Shown here in pieces: positions 50,520-60,902 of a DNA stretch of 64,000 nt; position 1 is the first letter of the stretch, and each line of letters begins with the position of its first letter. The position numbers and the translations under genes were made by a program. The stretch spans positions 1,863 through 65,862 of the forward strand of contig JAQWLS010000009.1 of the NCBI GenBank assembly GCA_029247135.1, written 5' to 3'. The notes beneath the pieces are model-generated. The model did no database searches, was not told the origin of the DNA, and saw only the letters and a list, made by a program, of their open reading frames with translations. This DNA comes from Dehalococcoidia bacterium. Its GTDB lineage: Bacteria; Chloroflexota; Dehalococcoidia; UBA2979.

Positions 50520-52098
50520 ATCGCCATCTCTGGATTGGTTGGAAAAGCTGAGAATCCAGTTGAGTTGTGACAGCCAAATAAATTAAGGCTGCGATACCCA
50601 ACTGAGATATTAATTTAAATATCACTTGTATATCTACCAAGAAATGATCGAACAACCGAATAAATAGAATCATCGCAGCCAATCCCAGGCAAATAGACCC
50701 AATAGATCTTGCAAATTTCTGCTTTAGAATAAATTGATTTTGCTTGTCCAAGATAATAGCTAATAGAATAGCTTCGACCAAACCAGATATCGAAAGCGCA
50801 ACTGTCAGGCCAGTCAGACCAAAATGACCAACTTGGACAAGTAAAAGTGCTAGTACAAAATTCAGAGCCACCGCGATTACAGCGATTAAGACAGGTATGC
50901 GAGTATTAGACAGTGCGTAAAAACCTCGACTTAAAACCTCAACAAGAGCATACCCCACGGAACCAATCGCCAAAATTCGCACTGCTTGAGCAACCATCCG
51001 CGTTGCCTCGCTGTCAAATGCTCCATACTCCAACAGCACTCGGATGATTCCATCAGCTAAAAATACCAAACCCACCGCCATGGGTGCTACAAGCCAAAGA
51101 GTCATTCGAAAAGCCATAAATAACTCTTGACTGAACTGAACGGTGTCATCCTGAGATATGTCATCCACTAAAGTAGGAAATATAGCCGTCGCAATAGACA
51201 TTCCAGCTAACCCCACGGGAAGCATCATTATCATGAACGCGAACATGATTACGTTAATAGATGCATCTGAAATCAAAGACGCAAACAATATCAAAATGAA
51301 AAGATTTAGTTGTGCTGCGGCCAAGCCTAAAACTCTCGGTGCTGCCAATTTAAATACTGATTGAACAAACATATTTCTAAGATCTAAACTAGGTGACCAA
51401 CGCATCCTTAAAAAGATCACGCTAGGGATTTGAACCGTCAAATGCAAAGCTGCTCCCAAAATAACCCCGTACGCCAGACCCTCAATTCCCCAAAGATCAA
51501 CCAACCATAGCCCGCCGAAAATAATACCCACGTTATAAATTCCAGGGGCAATTGCCGAGGTAACGAAATGTTGACGAGCATTCAATATCCCCGTCAATAC
51601 CCCAGATACACAAAAGATAATCGGAGTAATCAACATCAACCGCGTTAATCGGATCGCCATCTCCATTAATTCAGCGCTTGAGTCCGAGTCATCACCAAGG
51701 CCTGGCGCGACCAAAGGCACTAACCAAGGTGCGGAAATAAAGCTCACAATAGATAGAAACAACGTTACTAGAAACAATAGGTTCAGCACGGATGAAGCTA
51801 TCCGCCAAGCATGCTTTTCTCCTTCTTGAGTCCATACCTTGGTAAAAACAGGAATTAACGCTGCGGAAAGCGTTGCTCCCGCTATAAGCTGGAAAAGACT
51901 ATCGGGAATACGAAACGCAACAAAATAGGCTGAAAGCGCCGGATTATCTACGCCAAACTCTTGACTAATCACAACCTGTCGCAAAAGTCCTAACACGCGT
52001 GAAAGTACATACCCCCCGGCAACTATGGCAGTAATAATCGCAATATTACTGCGACGGGAAATAACTTGTTCGCTTTTGTCTGCCAAAATTATCGCCAA
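50500..52098 (-). CDS. murJ: Lipid II flippase MurJ (MviN)
   Basis: LSRVLGLLR, AFRIPD, GATLSAALIPVF, RGFYALSNTRIP; about 14 TM helices. Confidence 0.92.
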   Translation of the reverse strand: MAIILADKSEQVISRRSNIAIITAIVAGGYVLSRVLGLLRQVVISQEFGVDNPALSAYFVAFRIPDSLFQLIAGATLSAALIPVFTKVWTQEGEKHAWRIASSVLNLLFLVTLFLSIVSFISAPWLVPLVAPGLGDDSDSSAELMEMAIRLTRLMLITPIIFCVSGVLTGILNARQHFVTSAIAPGIYNVGIIFGGLWLVDLWGIEGLAYGVILGAALHLTVQIPSVIFLRMRWSPSLDLRNMFVQSVFKLAAPRVLGLAAAQLNLFILILFASLISDASINVIMFAFMIMMLPVGLAGMSIATAIFPTLVDDISQDDTVQFSQELFMAFRMTLWLVAPMAVGLVFLADGIIRVLLEYGAFDSEATRMVAQAVRILAIGSVGYALVEVLSRGFYALSNTRIPVLIAVIAVALNFVLALLLVQVGHFGLTGLTVALSISGLVEAILLAIILDKQNQFILKQKFARSIGSICLGLAAMILFIRLFDHFLVDIQVIFKLISQLGIAALIYLAVTTQLDSQLFQPIQRWRSKLFRA

Positions 52099-52195
52099 TC
52101 AGAATTATCTGGACGTCTGTAGGAATCCATAAGCAACAGACTAAGGCATCAGGAGTTAAGCTTACTAAACTTAAAAAATAAGGATTAATCTTTAG

Positions 52196-53248
52196 ATGCC
52201 AAACTTAAAAAATCTATTTGGGTCGCAAATTGGAATAGACCTCGGGACTTCCACTATAAAAGTAAGTTCTCCCAATGGAAATATTCTCTACCAGCAACCA
52301 ACGGTTGTCGCCATTAGCAGACGAGACAATATCGTCATTGCAGTGGGTGAAGAGGCGCAATCAATGATCGGTCGAGCTCCCGAAACAATATCGGTAATTA
52401 GACCAATGAAGGATGGTGCGATTGCAGATTACTTAATCACACAAGCGCTACTGCAACATTGTCTAAAACAAACGATCGGGCCAGTATTAGTAAAGCCTGA
52501 GGCTATGATTGCGGCTCCGGTAGGTATCACACCTGTCCACAGAGATAGCGTGAGAGAAGCAGCGGAAGCTGCGGGAGCTAGACAGCCCACTCATATCATT
52601 CCGGAACCCCTCGCAGCAGCAATTGGTGCCGAAGTGCCCATAGGATCTGCAGACGGTGCGATGGTTGTTGATATAGGTGGCGGAAGAGCTGAAGCTGCCG
52701 TGATATCAATGTTTGGGATGGTAGCTAAGGGTTCAATACGGGTAGGCGGAGATAAATTAGATCAGGCGATTCAACGCTATCTGGTGGCTCACCATGAACT
52801 AGTCATTGGCGAACGAACTGCCGAACAAATAAAAATTCAAATAGGGTCCGCAATCACCACAGATTCCCCAAACAAGATTCGAGTGAGAGGAAAACATGTC
52901 ACGGGACAACCCAAGGTGATAATAATTAACTCCAACGAGATAGCGATGGCACTTAGAGACTCGCTCACGCAAATAACTCAACTAATAAGAACAGTTCTCG
53001 AACAGACAGAACCTGAACTTTCGTCGGACATTATTCAAAGAGGAGTCTTAGTCACAGGTGGCACTGCGAAACTAAGTGGAATAGATATATTTCTTAGGGA
53101 AATCTTACACATTGCATGCTATGTAGTTGATGAACCTGATAAAGCCGTAGTACGCGGAGCTGCCGCAGCCGTAGAATATGCACCTGCAATAGAAAGAACG
53201 ATGCTCAGCCCGACGGATGAGCTATATATAACATCCAGACAGATGTAG
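52196..53248 (+). CDS. mreB: Rod shape-determining protein MreB (divergent)
   Basis: GIDLGT, IRPMKDGAIADY, EPLAAAIGA, VVDIGGG, IGERTAEQIKI, PELSSDI. Confidence 0.9.
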   Translation: MPNLKNLFGSQIGIDLGTSTIKVSSPNGNILYQQPTVVAISRRDNIVIAVGEEAQSMIGRAPETISVIRPMKDGAIADYLITQALLQHCLKQTIGPVLVKPEAMIAAPVGITPVHRDSVREAAEAAGARQPTHIIPEPLAAAIGAEVPIGSADGAMVVDIGGGRAEAAVISMFGMVAKGSIRVGGDKLDQAIQRYLVAHHELVIGERTAEQIKIQIGSAITTDSPNKIRVRGKHVTGQPKVIIINSNEIAMALRDSLTQITQLIRTVLEQTEPELSSDIIQRGVLVTGGTAKLSGIDIFLREILHIACYVVDEPDKAVVRGAAAAVEYAPAIERTMLSPTDELYITSRQM

Positions 53249-53268
53249 TAGCACACTACGACAAATCT

Positions 53269-54294
53269 TTAAGATTCAGATAATATTCCCCGTTGAAGCA
53301 AAGATTCAGCGATCTGAATCGCATTTGTAGCAGCGCCTTTTCGTAAGTTATCACTAACACACCAGAACACTACACCATTGTCTACAGAGGGATCAAAGCG
53401 GAGTCTCGAAACAAAAGTATCGTCACAATCTGCTGCCTCAAGTGGCGTAACGTAATTAGTTTGATCGTCATCAAACACTAAGCCGTCTTGTAAGCTAAGT
53501 GCATTTCCCAAATCTACTAAAGACACTTCTGAAGCAAATTCTACATGTACCACCTCTGAATGCCCATAAAGCACTGGAACACGAACACAGGTAGCCGCAA
53601 AGGGTAGATCGTAATCATGAAGGATTTTGCGTGTTTCGTTTCGCATCTTAAGTTCCTCTTTTGTGAAACCATCCTCTCCAAAGTCATCTACATGCGGTAA
53701 CACATTTTGAGCAATTTGGACGGGGTATGCCTCAGGTGTTGAAATGTCACTCCCCTGACTAAGAGAACTATTCTGGTCTATCAATTCTTGAACGGCTGCG
53801 GCTCCCGTCCCCGATACCGCTTGATATGTTGCCGCAGTCACTCTCTTGATCGAACTAACTTGTTGCATGGCATTCAACGCCATCACTAACGGCGTAGTCG
53901 TACAGTTCGGAATAGAAATTATCCAGTTATGCGCGTCGAGATCGTTGCCGTTAACTTCAGGAATTACAAGCGGAACATCTTCGTCCATTCTGAAAGCACT
54001 ACCATCGTCGATCATTATTATTTCACGTTCACGACACCAGGCGCCCCATACTTTCGAGACCTCTGAAGATGCGGAACAAAAAACAAGATCAACTCCTTCA
54101 AGAGCTTCTTCGTTTGTCTCAAGAACCGTTAGCACCTCATTCCCATATTTGACCTGCTTACCAGCTGACCTTGAAGAAGCGAGAAGTCTTAAATTACGAA
54201 TAGGAAAATTCCGCTCAAACGCAACACGCATAAATACTTCACCCACAGCGCCAGTAGCACCGATTACTGCGACATCTAATCCTATTTTTTTCAA
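53269..54294 (-). CDS. asd: Aspartate-semialdehyde dehydrogenase
   Basis: GATGAVG, PLVIPEVN, PNCTT, YQAVSG, TCVRVPV, DNLRKGAATNA. Confidence 0.96.
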   Translation of the reverse strand: MKKIGLDVAVIGATGAVGEVFMRVAFERNFPIRNLRLLASSRSAGKQVKYGNEVLTVLETNEEALEGVDLVFCSASSEVSKVWGAWCREREIIMIDDGSAFRMDEDVPLVIPEVNGNDLDAHNWIISIPNCTTTPLVMALNAMQQVSSIKRVTAATYQAVSGTGAAAVQELIDQNSSLSQGSDISTPEAYPVQIAQNVLPHVDDFGEDGFTKEELKMRNETRKILHDYDLPFAATCVRVPVLYGHSEVVHVEFASEVSLVDLGNALSLQDGLVFDDDQTNYVTPLEAADCDDTFVSRLRFDPSVDNGVVFWCVSDNLRKGAATNAIQIAESLLQRGILSES

Positions 54295-54503
54295 ACTACT
54301 ACTCCGTACTACATCAATTACTAAAAAAATCCACGTTTATTATTCATTAAATTCGTTTACCACGTCTATACAAAATACTCGCACAGCTCTAATTGTTAAT
54401 AATCAAAGTCCTTCCGTCAAGAACATCTTCGCAAAACAAAAATATCAATTTGAACTAAGATTAAAATTATATAAATAAAACAGCTACAAGATTGTGTTAA
54501 TAC

Positions 54504-55163
54504 ATGGTAGACGAGGACCAAATTTTAGACCTGGAAACGCAACACGTCGAACAACCCAGTGAATCTCGCTTAGGGCCAAAACGCGTTAATGCGACTGAAA
54601 AGAAATGGTGGTGGCCTTGGTCAGCCCAAAATCCATCCGAAAGCTTCATGGCGCAGAAAAATCATTTTCTCACACTAGCTGAAGAAACGTCTGGAGCACT
54701 GAAAAAGGCGCGCGAAAATCTTGGGCTCACATTAGCTGATGTAGAGTCACAGACTTTTGTCAATGGCCAATTTCTCGACACAATCGAAAAGGGTCAATGG
54801 GAAAGACTCCCGGCACGCGTATACGCTCAAGGCGCAGCCTTGAGTTATGCAAATGCAGTAGGACTCGAAAATCCGGCTCAGCACGCCCAAAATATATCAA
54901 ACGTCTTAAGGATGCCAGAGCATCTAAACCCCAGCACAGGTCTTATGAAAAAATCCTCAAAACAACTAAACACCTTTCGAATCGAGCTAATGGTGCTAAT
55001 CGGGATAATTGTATTACTGATAGCAGTCGGTATATATATACAAAACTCAGGGCTCATATCAGATATCTTCAATGATACGGAAGAAGAAGCCAGAATATTC
55101 ACGGGCACCGCCCTAGCTTCAGGATCAAAATACGTATTGCACCTCCGTGCACCACGTCCGTAA
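54504..55163 (+). CDS. RodZ-like HTH (HTH_25) membrane protein
   Basis: GALKKARENLGLTL..IEKGQWERLPARVYAQG..YANAVGL, then one TM helix. Confidence 0.8.
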   Translation: MVDEDQILDLETQHVEQPSESRLGPKRVNATEKKWWWPWSAQNPSESFMAQKNHFLTLAEETSGALKKARENLGLTLADVESQTFVNGQFLDTIEKGQWERLPARVYAQGAALSYANAVGLENPAQHAQNISNVLRMPEHLNPSTGLMKKSSKQLNTFRIELMVLIGIIVLLIAVGIYIQNSGLISDIFNDTEEEARIFTGTALASGSKYVLHLRAPRP

Positions 55164-55181
55164 TCATTGTAAACTCTAGCA

Positions 55182-56234
55182 ATGAATGAGACAGTAGCAG
55201 ACCTAATAGATCAAGACGATATACTCATCGATCAAAGGAATCGGCCGCTCCGAGATCTTCGTATTTCCCTAACTGATAAATGCAATTTTCGCTGCCCATA
55301 CTGCATGCCAAAAGAAATATTTAAAGCGGGTTATAAATTCTTAGATCGCCAGTCGATTCTATCCGCCTCTGAAATCATCCGGTTGGCACTAATTTTTAAA
55401 GATCTCGGAATTAGTAAAATTCGCCTCACTGGAGGAGAACCAACTCTTCGAAATGACCTTCTAACAATTATCTCTGAACTCGCTAAAATTCCTGAACTTG
55501 AAATAGCCATGACAACAAATGGCACTCGACTAGAAGAGCTCGCGGTCCCACTCCGCGACGCTGGCTTAAATAGAATCACCGTATCTCTTGATGCAGTTGA
55601 TTCGGCAACGTTTGAAAAAATGAACGATGTATCTGTGCCTCTGGAAAAAGTGCTTAATGGCATCGACTCCGCACGGAAAGCAGGATTCAATCCAATCAAA
55701 ATCAATACGGTTGTGCGTAAAAATTGGAATGACCAGGTCATTATCCAGTTGGTTGATCACTTTAGAAATACCAGCGACATTGTTAGATTCATAGAATTCA
55801 TGGATGTGGGATCGACAAACGGATGGAACATGTCAGATACCGTCCCGACTAAAGAACTATTAGCCACTATAAACAATCATTCTCCTATAGTTCCTACTGA
55901 AATTAACTATGTGGGAGAGGTCGCCAAAAGATATCAATTCGTTGACGGGTCAGGTGAAATCGGCTTTATCACATCCGTAACTCAACCTTTTTGTGGAACC
56001 TGCACGAGAGCACGTATTTCTGCTGATGGCAAGCTATACACATGTCTTTTTTCAACGGCTGCATCTATTGACCTTGCTAGCCTTCTGAGAACAGAAAAAG
56101 ATGATGACTTAATTTTAGAAAAAATAGGTATGATATGGAAAAATCGAAATGATCGATATTCTGAAATTAGATCACAAATAGATTCGAACGAAGAACAAGA
56201 AAATAAAATTGAAATGTCCTACATCGGCGGTTGA
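55182..56234 (+). CDS. moaA: GTP 3',8-cyclase MoaA
   Basis: LRISLTDKCNFRCPYCMP, RLTGGEP, RFIEFM, FCGTCTRAR..CLF, C-terminal MSYIGG. Confidence 0.97.
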   Translation: MNETVADLIDQDDILIDQRNRPLRDLRISLTDKCNFRCPYCMPKEIFKAGYKFLDRQSILSASEIIRLALIFKDLGISKIRLTGGEPTLRNDLLTIISELAKIPELEIAMTTNGTRLEELAVPLRDAGLNRITVSLDAVDSATFEKMNDVSVPLEKVLNGIDSARKAGFNPIKINTVVRKNWNDQVIIQLVDHFRNTSDIVRFIEFMDVGSTNGWNMSDTVPTKELLATINNHSPIVPTEINYVGEVAKRYQFVDGSGEIGFITSVTQPFCGTCTRARISADGKLYTCLFSTAASIDLASLLRTEKDDDLILEKIGMIWKNRNDRYSEIRSQIDSNEEQENKIEMSYIGG

Positions 56235-56235
56235 T

Positions 56236-56928
56236 TTACATCTCGCTAATAAACATTGCTAAAAACCCAACCATATTAAACAACGCATGAATCCCAATAG
56301 ACGCCCAAAGTGACTTTTGGCGAGCAAATATAATCGAAAAAATAATTCCAATTCCGAAGATTGGTATTACTACACCTATATCCAAGTGAGTAATTGAAAA
56401 CAAAGCGGCACTCAAAGAATGAGCAATCCAATTCGGCCAATTAGACGCAAATCCCTGAAAGATGACGCCTCGGTAGAGTAGTTCTTCGGCCACAGGTGCG
56501 CCACAGATAGTAGTGACAGCCAACAACATCCATGCGATGAAAGAACGTCCTTCAGCGCCCGGGAGAGGAATCGCGTTTCCACGCTTAAATGAGCTCAGAT
56601 CCAAACCTAGCGTAACTTCCAGTGCAACAATCAATAGCAGATAACTGATTAAAACTAGGTATGAAAGTCCCAAGCCTAGAAATATAACTTGAATATTTGG
56701 AGTCTTGTCTAACCTAAGCGCCCTAAAAATATTTCCACGGCGGCGAGCAAATACTAAAACCATGACAACAATTGAACACTGCCAACCTAAACTGGCGACC
56801 CAAATATTCACGTCACTAAGAGAGGCTGAAAAACTCGAGGCAAAAACTACACCGACAACAAATATTAGACCTACGGTAGAAACAACGAGTGCCCCAAACG
56901 CATCGCTTAATCGAAAATAATTAGTCAC
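56236..56928 (-). CDS. CPBP (CAAX/Abi) family intramembrane metalloprotease
   Basis: APVAEELLYRG, FSITH, HALFN. Confidence 0.88.
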   Translation of the reverse strand: MTNYFRLSDAFGALVVSTVGLIFVVGVVFASSFSASLSDVNIWVASLGWQCSIVVMVLVFARRRGNIFRALRLDKTPNIQVIFLGLGLSYLVLISYLLLIVALEVTLGLDLSSFKRGNAIPLPGAEGRSFIAWMLLAVTTICGAPVAEELLYRGVIFQGFASNWPNWIAHSLSAALFSITHLDIGVVIPIFGIGIIFSIIFARQKSLWASIGIHALFNMVGFLAMFISEM

Positions 56929-56955
56929 AGAACTAAGCTATACCATCGACCACAA

Positions 56956-58161
56956 TTACGATGATAGGCCTCCAAGCTCGTCCGCTACTGTTGACATATC
57001 TTTATCACCACGACCGCTGAGATTCACAACCACCACATCAGAACTTAAAATTTCATTTTCTAACCTAAGGCGCTTCAAGGCACCAAGAGCATGAGATGGC
57101 TCAAGAGCTGGAATAATACCTTCTAATTTCGAAAGTTCTTGAAATGCTCGAAGTGCTTCTTCGTCAGTCGCAGAATAATACTCGGCTTTTTCTGAAACTT
57201 TCAGCCAAGCATGTTCCGGTCCAACACCCGGATAATCGAGACCTGCTGACACCGAATGAACCGGCGAAATCTGACCGTTCCCATCCTGTAAAAGATACGT
57301 GCGAGTTCCATGTAGTACACCAGGACGACCAAGCGAAAGTGTCGCAGCATTTTCTTTATCCAATCCTAAACCAGCCGCCTCCACACCAATCAATCTGACT
57401 TGATCATCCAGAAATGCATGAAATATTCCGATTGCGTTAGAGCCGCCACCGACACAAGCCATTACGACCGAAGGCAATTTTCCATGTGAATCAAGAATTT
57501 GACTACGTGCTTCTCTGCCTATAACTCCTTGTAAATCTCTCACCATTGTTGGGTAGGGATGCGGTCCAATTGCCGAACCAATAATGTAATAAGTATCTCT
57601 AACAGTCGTAACCCAATCACGTATCGCCTCACTTGTAGCATCCTTTAGAGTTCGTGAACCAGCGCTTACGCCAATTACTTCGGCTCCCAAAACTTTCATT
57701 TTGAACACATTAAGTGCTTGACGAGCCATGTCCACTTCACCCATGTAAACAACACAATCCAAGTCTAATAATGCGCAAGCTGTGGCTGTAGCAACGCCAT
57801 GTTGTCCAGCTCCAGTTTCCGCAATTACGCGCTTCTTACCCATGCGTTTGGCCAGTAAAGCCTGAGCAAGCACAGCGTTAATTTTATGTGCGCCAGTATG
57901 GCAAAGATCTTCTCTCTTCAAGTATATTGTTGTATCCAATGACTCGGAAAGTCGCCCTGCGAAAGTAAGTGGCGTCGGACGTCCGACATAGTCTCGGAGC
58001 AAGTCATCAACATCTGCCAGAAAGCTCTCGTCAGCCATCGCCTCGAGATACGCTGATTCAAGTTGCTGTAGCGCCGGCATCAATGTCTCCGGTACATACT
58101 GACCGCCGAAGCTTCCAAAATATCCAGCCCTGGCGGACGACTCAATCTTTGACCCAGTCAT
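56956..58161 (-). CDS. trpB: Tryptophan synthase beta chain
   Basis: [51 protein letters not shown]. Confidence 0.97.
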   Translation of the reverse strand: MTGSKIESSARAGYFGSFGGQYVPETLMPALQQLESAYLEAMADESFLADVDDLLRDYVGRPTPLTFAGRLSESLDTTIYLKREDLCHTGAHKINAVLAQALLAKRMGKKRVIAETGAGQHGVATATACALLDLDCVVYMGEVDMARQALNVFKMKVLGAEVIGVSAGSRTLKDATSEAIRDWVTTVRDTYYIIGSAIGPHPYPTMVRDLQGVIGREARSQILDSHGKLPSVVMACVGGGSNAIGIFHAFLDDQVRLIGVEAAGLGLDKENAATLSLGRPGVLHGTRTYLLQDGNGQISPVHSVSAGLDYPGVGPEHAWLKVSEKAEYYSATDEEALRAFQELSKLEGIIPALEPSHALGALKRLRLENEILSSDVVVVNLSGRGDKDMSTVADELGGLSS

Positions 58162-58180
58162 GCTATTTCTCCTGCCCTAC

Positions 58181-58930
58181 TTAATTTTCTTTGGTATTTT
58201 CGATGAAACTTGCCACCTTTTTATAATCTTTTACACCATTAGTTTCCGTGCCACTTGAAACATCTACAGCCCAGGGCTTTACCTTTTGAACGACATCCCT
58301 AATATTACCTGGCGTCAAGCCACCAGCTAATATGAGAGGAATCCTATTTGCTGTTCTCTCAGCTATGTCGAGAGGAATTTGCTTACCCGTCCCTCCAGCA
58401 GATTTTTCCGATTTAGCGTCAAGCATTAGAGCCAACGAGCGTCCAACCGGTACATCAACTAAAGGATCTGACGCATCATCCTCAGGATGAATATGAAGTA
58501 CCTGTATCACCTGTCGATTTACTAGTAACGAAAAATCCCATGATTCATTTCCAGACAATTGAACTAAATCAATCCCAGTTTCCTCGACAGTATTATTAAT
58601 TTCATCCGCACTTTGATCAGCAAACACACCCACTACTAAAGGGCGCTTGTAACCAAGATACGACTCAATTCTCTCAGCACCATACCTATACCAAAGTTCC
58701 AAATCAGTAACGCGTTTAGAGTCTGAGCGCTTGGGAGGGGGTAACTCTAATTCGAACGAATCTAATGAAGGACCAAGTTCACGCACCATCGCACGAGCTT
58801 CAGGGATACCTACCTTTCGAGGTGATTCCGCAAAAATAATCCCGACAAAATCAGCACCCAATTGGGCAGCCACGGCGACATCCATAGCGGTTCGATTGCC
58901 ACATATCTTTATCAAAGGTGATTTATTCAT
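58181..58930 (-). CDS. trpF: Phosphoribosylanthranilate isomerase
   Basis: IKICG, SPRKV, VGVF, VQLSG, GGTG, LAGGLTP, VDVSSGTE. Confidence 0.93.
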   Translation of the reverse strand: MNKSPLIKICGNRTAMDVAVAAQLGADFVGIIFAESPRKVGIPEARAMVRELGPSLDSFELELPPPKRSDSKRVTDLELWYRYGAERIESYLGYKRPLVVGVFADQSADEINNTVEETGIDLVQLSGNESWDFSLLVNRQVIQVLHIHPEDDASDPLVDVPVGRSLALMLDAKSEKSAGGTGKQIPLDIAERTANRIPLILAGGLTPGNIRDVVQKVKPWAVDVSSGTETNGVKDYKKVASFIENTKEN

Positions 58931-58934
58931 GAAA

Positions 58935-59801
58935 TTAATTATCTGCCAGCATTAACTGATGTGCAAAATCTGTCACTTCCCTTGACCGAACAAGTGATTC
59001 ACCAACAAGCAATGCGTCAGCACCAGCCTTCAGCATTCGATCCGCATCTAGTCTAGATTTAATAGCACTCTCAGCAACTAAAATCTTATCGCTAGGACAC
59101 AAGCTTGAAAGATGTTCAAAAGTAGATAAATCCTCCGTGAAATCCTTCAAATTACGGTTATTGATTCCAATAATCTTCGCATCAACTCGCAGGGCGACTT
59201 CCAACTCCTGCTCCGTGTGAATTTCTACTAAGGCCTCCATACCAAGGCTCCTAGTCTGATCCAGCAAAAATTTCAAATACTCCTCGTCAAGAATCGCAAC
59301 GATTAGAAGTAACGCATCGGCACCCATCAATCGTGACTCTAGTACTTGAAAATAGTCGAAAATAAAGTCCTTCCTGAGAACAGCGGGGCTGTTCCTTTCC
59401 GCTGAAAATAAATTAGACACATCAACAAGATCGCTAATTGAGCCCTTGAAGTACTTTTCTTCGGTCAACACACTCACGGCCGCACACCCAACATCATGAT
59501 ACAAACTAGCTTGCTCGCTAGATATTAAATTAATATTAAAGTCACCCTTACTCGGTGAAGCACGCTTGATCTCGCCAATCAGTCTGAGTTTTGCTGACTC
59601 GGGAGTATTTTTCGATCCTCTGAGTAAACGATCACCAAAATTTTGGGGCGATCTTGACTTTTGATCACTAGAAGCAAAAACTAACTCCAAATCCTTCACT
59701 GCAAAATGAGATTTTTGAGCTTGCAAGAAATTCTTTCGATCTTCAACAATATTATCTAAAATAGTGTCCGTTAAACGCGTATTACTGTTAGTAGCTGACA
59801 T
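58935..59801 (-). CDS. trpC: Indole-3-glycerol phosphate synthase
   Basis: EIKRASPSKG, SVLTE, LRKDFI, GINNRNL, VAESAI, LVGESL. Confidence 0.95.
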   Translation of the reverse strand: MSATNSNTRLTDTILDNIVEDRKNFLQAQKSHFAVKDLELVFASSDQKSRSPQNFGDRLLRGSKNTPESAKLRLIGEIKRASPSKGDFNINLISSEQASLYHDVGCAAVSVLTEEKYFKGSISDLVDVSNLFSAERNSPAVLRKDFIFDYFQVLESRLMGADALLLIVAILDEEYLKFLLDQTRSLGMEALVEIHTEQELEVALRVDAKIIGINNRNLKDFTEDLSTFEHLSSLCPSDKILVAESAIKSRLDADRMLKAGADALLVGESLVRSREVTDFAHQLMLADN

Positions 59802-59825
59802 AATTCAAATCCGCTCACTACGATT

Positions 59826-60869
59826 CTATTTCCGAGTCGCCTCAATAAATGCCGCAACCTTAGCGGCCACATCTCCCGATTCAATCAAGCTAATCGCCTG
59901 TTCGCATCCAGATCTTATGGATGAAGCCAACCCTGTCACATACAGACCCGCTCCTGCCTGAGCAGCCACTAGATTCCTAATCGCTAAAGGACCGTTTCCA
60001 GCAAGTACCGATCTCCAAATTTCTGCATTTTCGTCAGACGTTCCACCAACAAGTTCATCTTCACTATGTCTAGGAAGACCAAGCTCTTCTGGGGAGAGTT
60101 CGAATTTTTCGACCTTATCTTCCTTTACCTCAAAAATCGTTGATTCACCGGTAACCGAAATATCATCTACGCCATCATGGCCAACAACGACAAGAGCATG
60201 TCGCATATCAAACAGACATAAAACCTGAGAGAGTTTTTGCCCAAGATCGATATTCGCCGCGCCGAGTACATGGCAATTAGCACCGGCTGGATTGGTCAAA
60301 GGACCAAGTATATTAAAAGCAGTTCTGAAACCCAGCGATGGACGAATAGGAGCTGCGAACCGCATCGCCGGATGAAATACAGGCGCAAACATAAAACCAA
60401 TTCCCGTTAGATCGAGACAAGTATTTACTTTCTCGGGCGAGATAGCAATCTCTGCACCTAACGACTCCAGAAAGTCTGCCGCTCCAGATTTTGAAGTCAT
60501 AGCACGATTACCATGCTTGGCGACCTTAGCTCCCCCTGCCGCAGCCACAAACGCAGCTGCGGTGGAGGCATTAAATCGCTTCTTACCTGAACCTCCTGTC
60601 CCCGCAGTATCAAGAAGTGGGCGAAAATTATTATCCACTTTTAAACTAAATTCACGCATCGCAGTCGCCATTCCGGCAAGCTCATCAACGGTTTCTCCTT
60701 TAATTCTCATAGCAGTCACAAATGCTCCGAATTGAGATTCTGTCGCAATCGGCCCATCAGTCTGATCTGTCCCAGCTCGCATAATATCTCGCATTACGTC
60801 GGTCGCCTCTTCGCGGTCAAGGTCCCGCCCCTCATCTACCAAAGCGATCAATGATTCTTTAATATTCAT
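59826..60869 (-). CDS. trpD: Anthranilate phosphoribosyltransferase
   Basis: DTAGTGG, FNAST, KHGNR, FHPAMR, FNILGPLTNP; GGAGA RBS before ATG 60869. Confidence 0.96.
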   Translation of the reverse strand: MNIKESLIALVDEGRDLDREEATDVMRDIMRAGTDQTDGPIATESQFGAFVTAMRIKGETVDELAGMATAMREFSLKVDNNFRPLLDTAGTGGSGKKRFNASTAAAFVAAAGGAKVAKHGNRAMTSKSGAADFLESLGAEIAISPEKVNTCLDLTGIGFMFAPVFHPAMRFAAPIRPSLGFRTAFNILGPLTNPAGANCHVLGAANIDLGQKLSQVLCLFDMRHALVVVGHDGVDDISVTGESTIFEVKEDKVEKFELSPEELGLPRHSEDELVGGTSDENAEIWRSVLAGNGPLAIRNLVAAQAGAGLYVTGLASSIRSGCEQAISLIESGDVAAKVAAFIEATRK

Positions 60870-60902
60870 CAAGTCTCCCACTCAATTATTCAAAAAATAT
60901 GC

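Noticed and set aside
53846..54478. 210-aa plus-strand ORF and similar short ORFs overlapping known genes (e.g. 38249..38767, 42227..42691, 15088..15462)
   Set aside because: They are antisense or alternate-frame shadows of well-supported genes and have no recognisable motifs.
54295..54503. AT-rich intergenic region as a replication origin
   Set aside because: No DnaA boxes (TTATCCACA) are visible; it fits a divergent promoter region.
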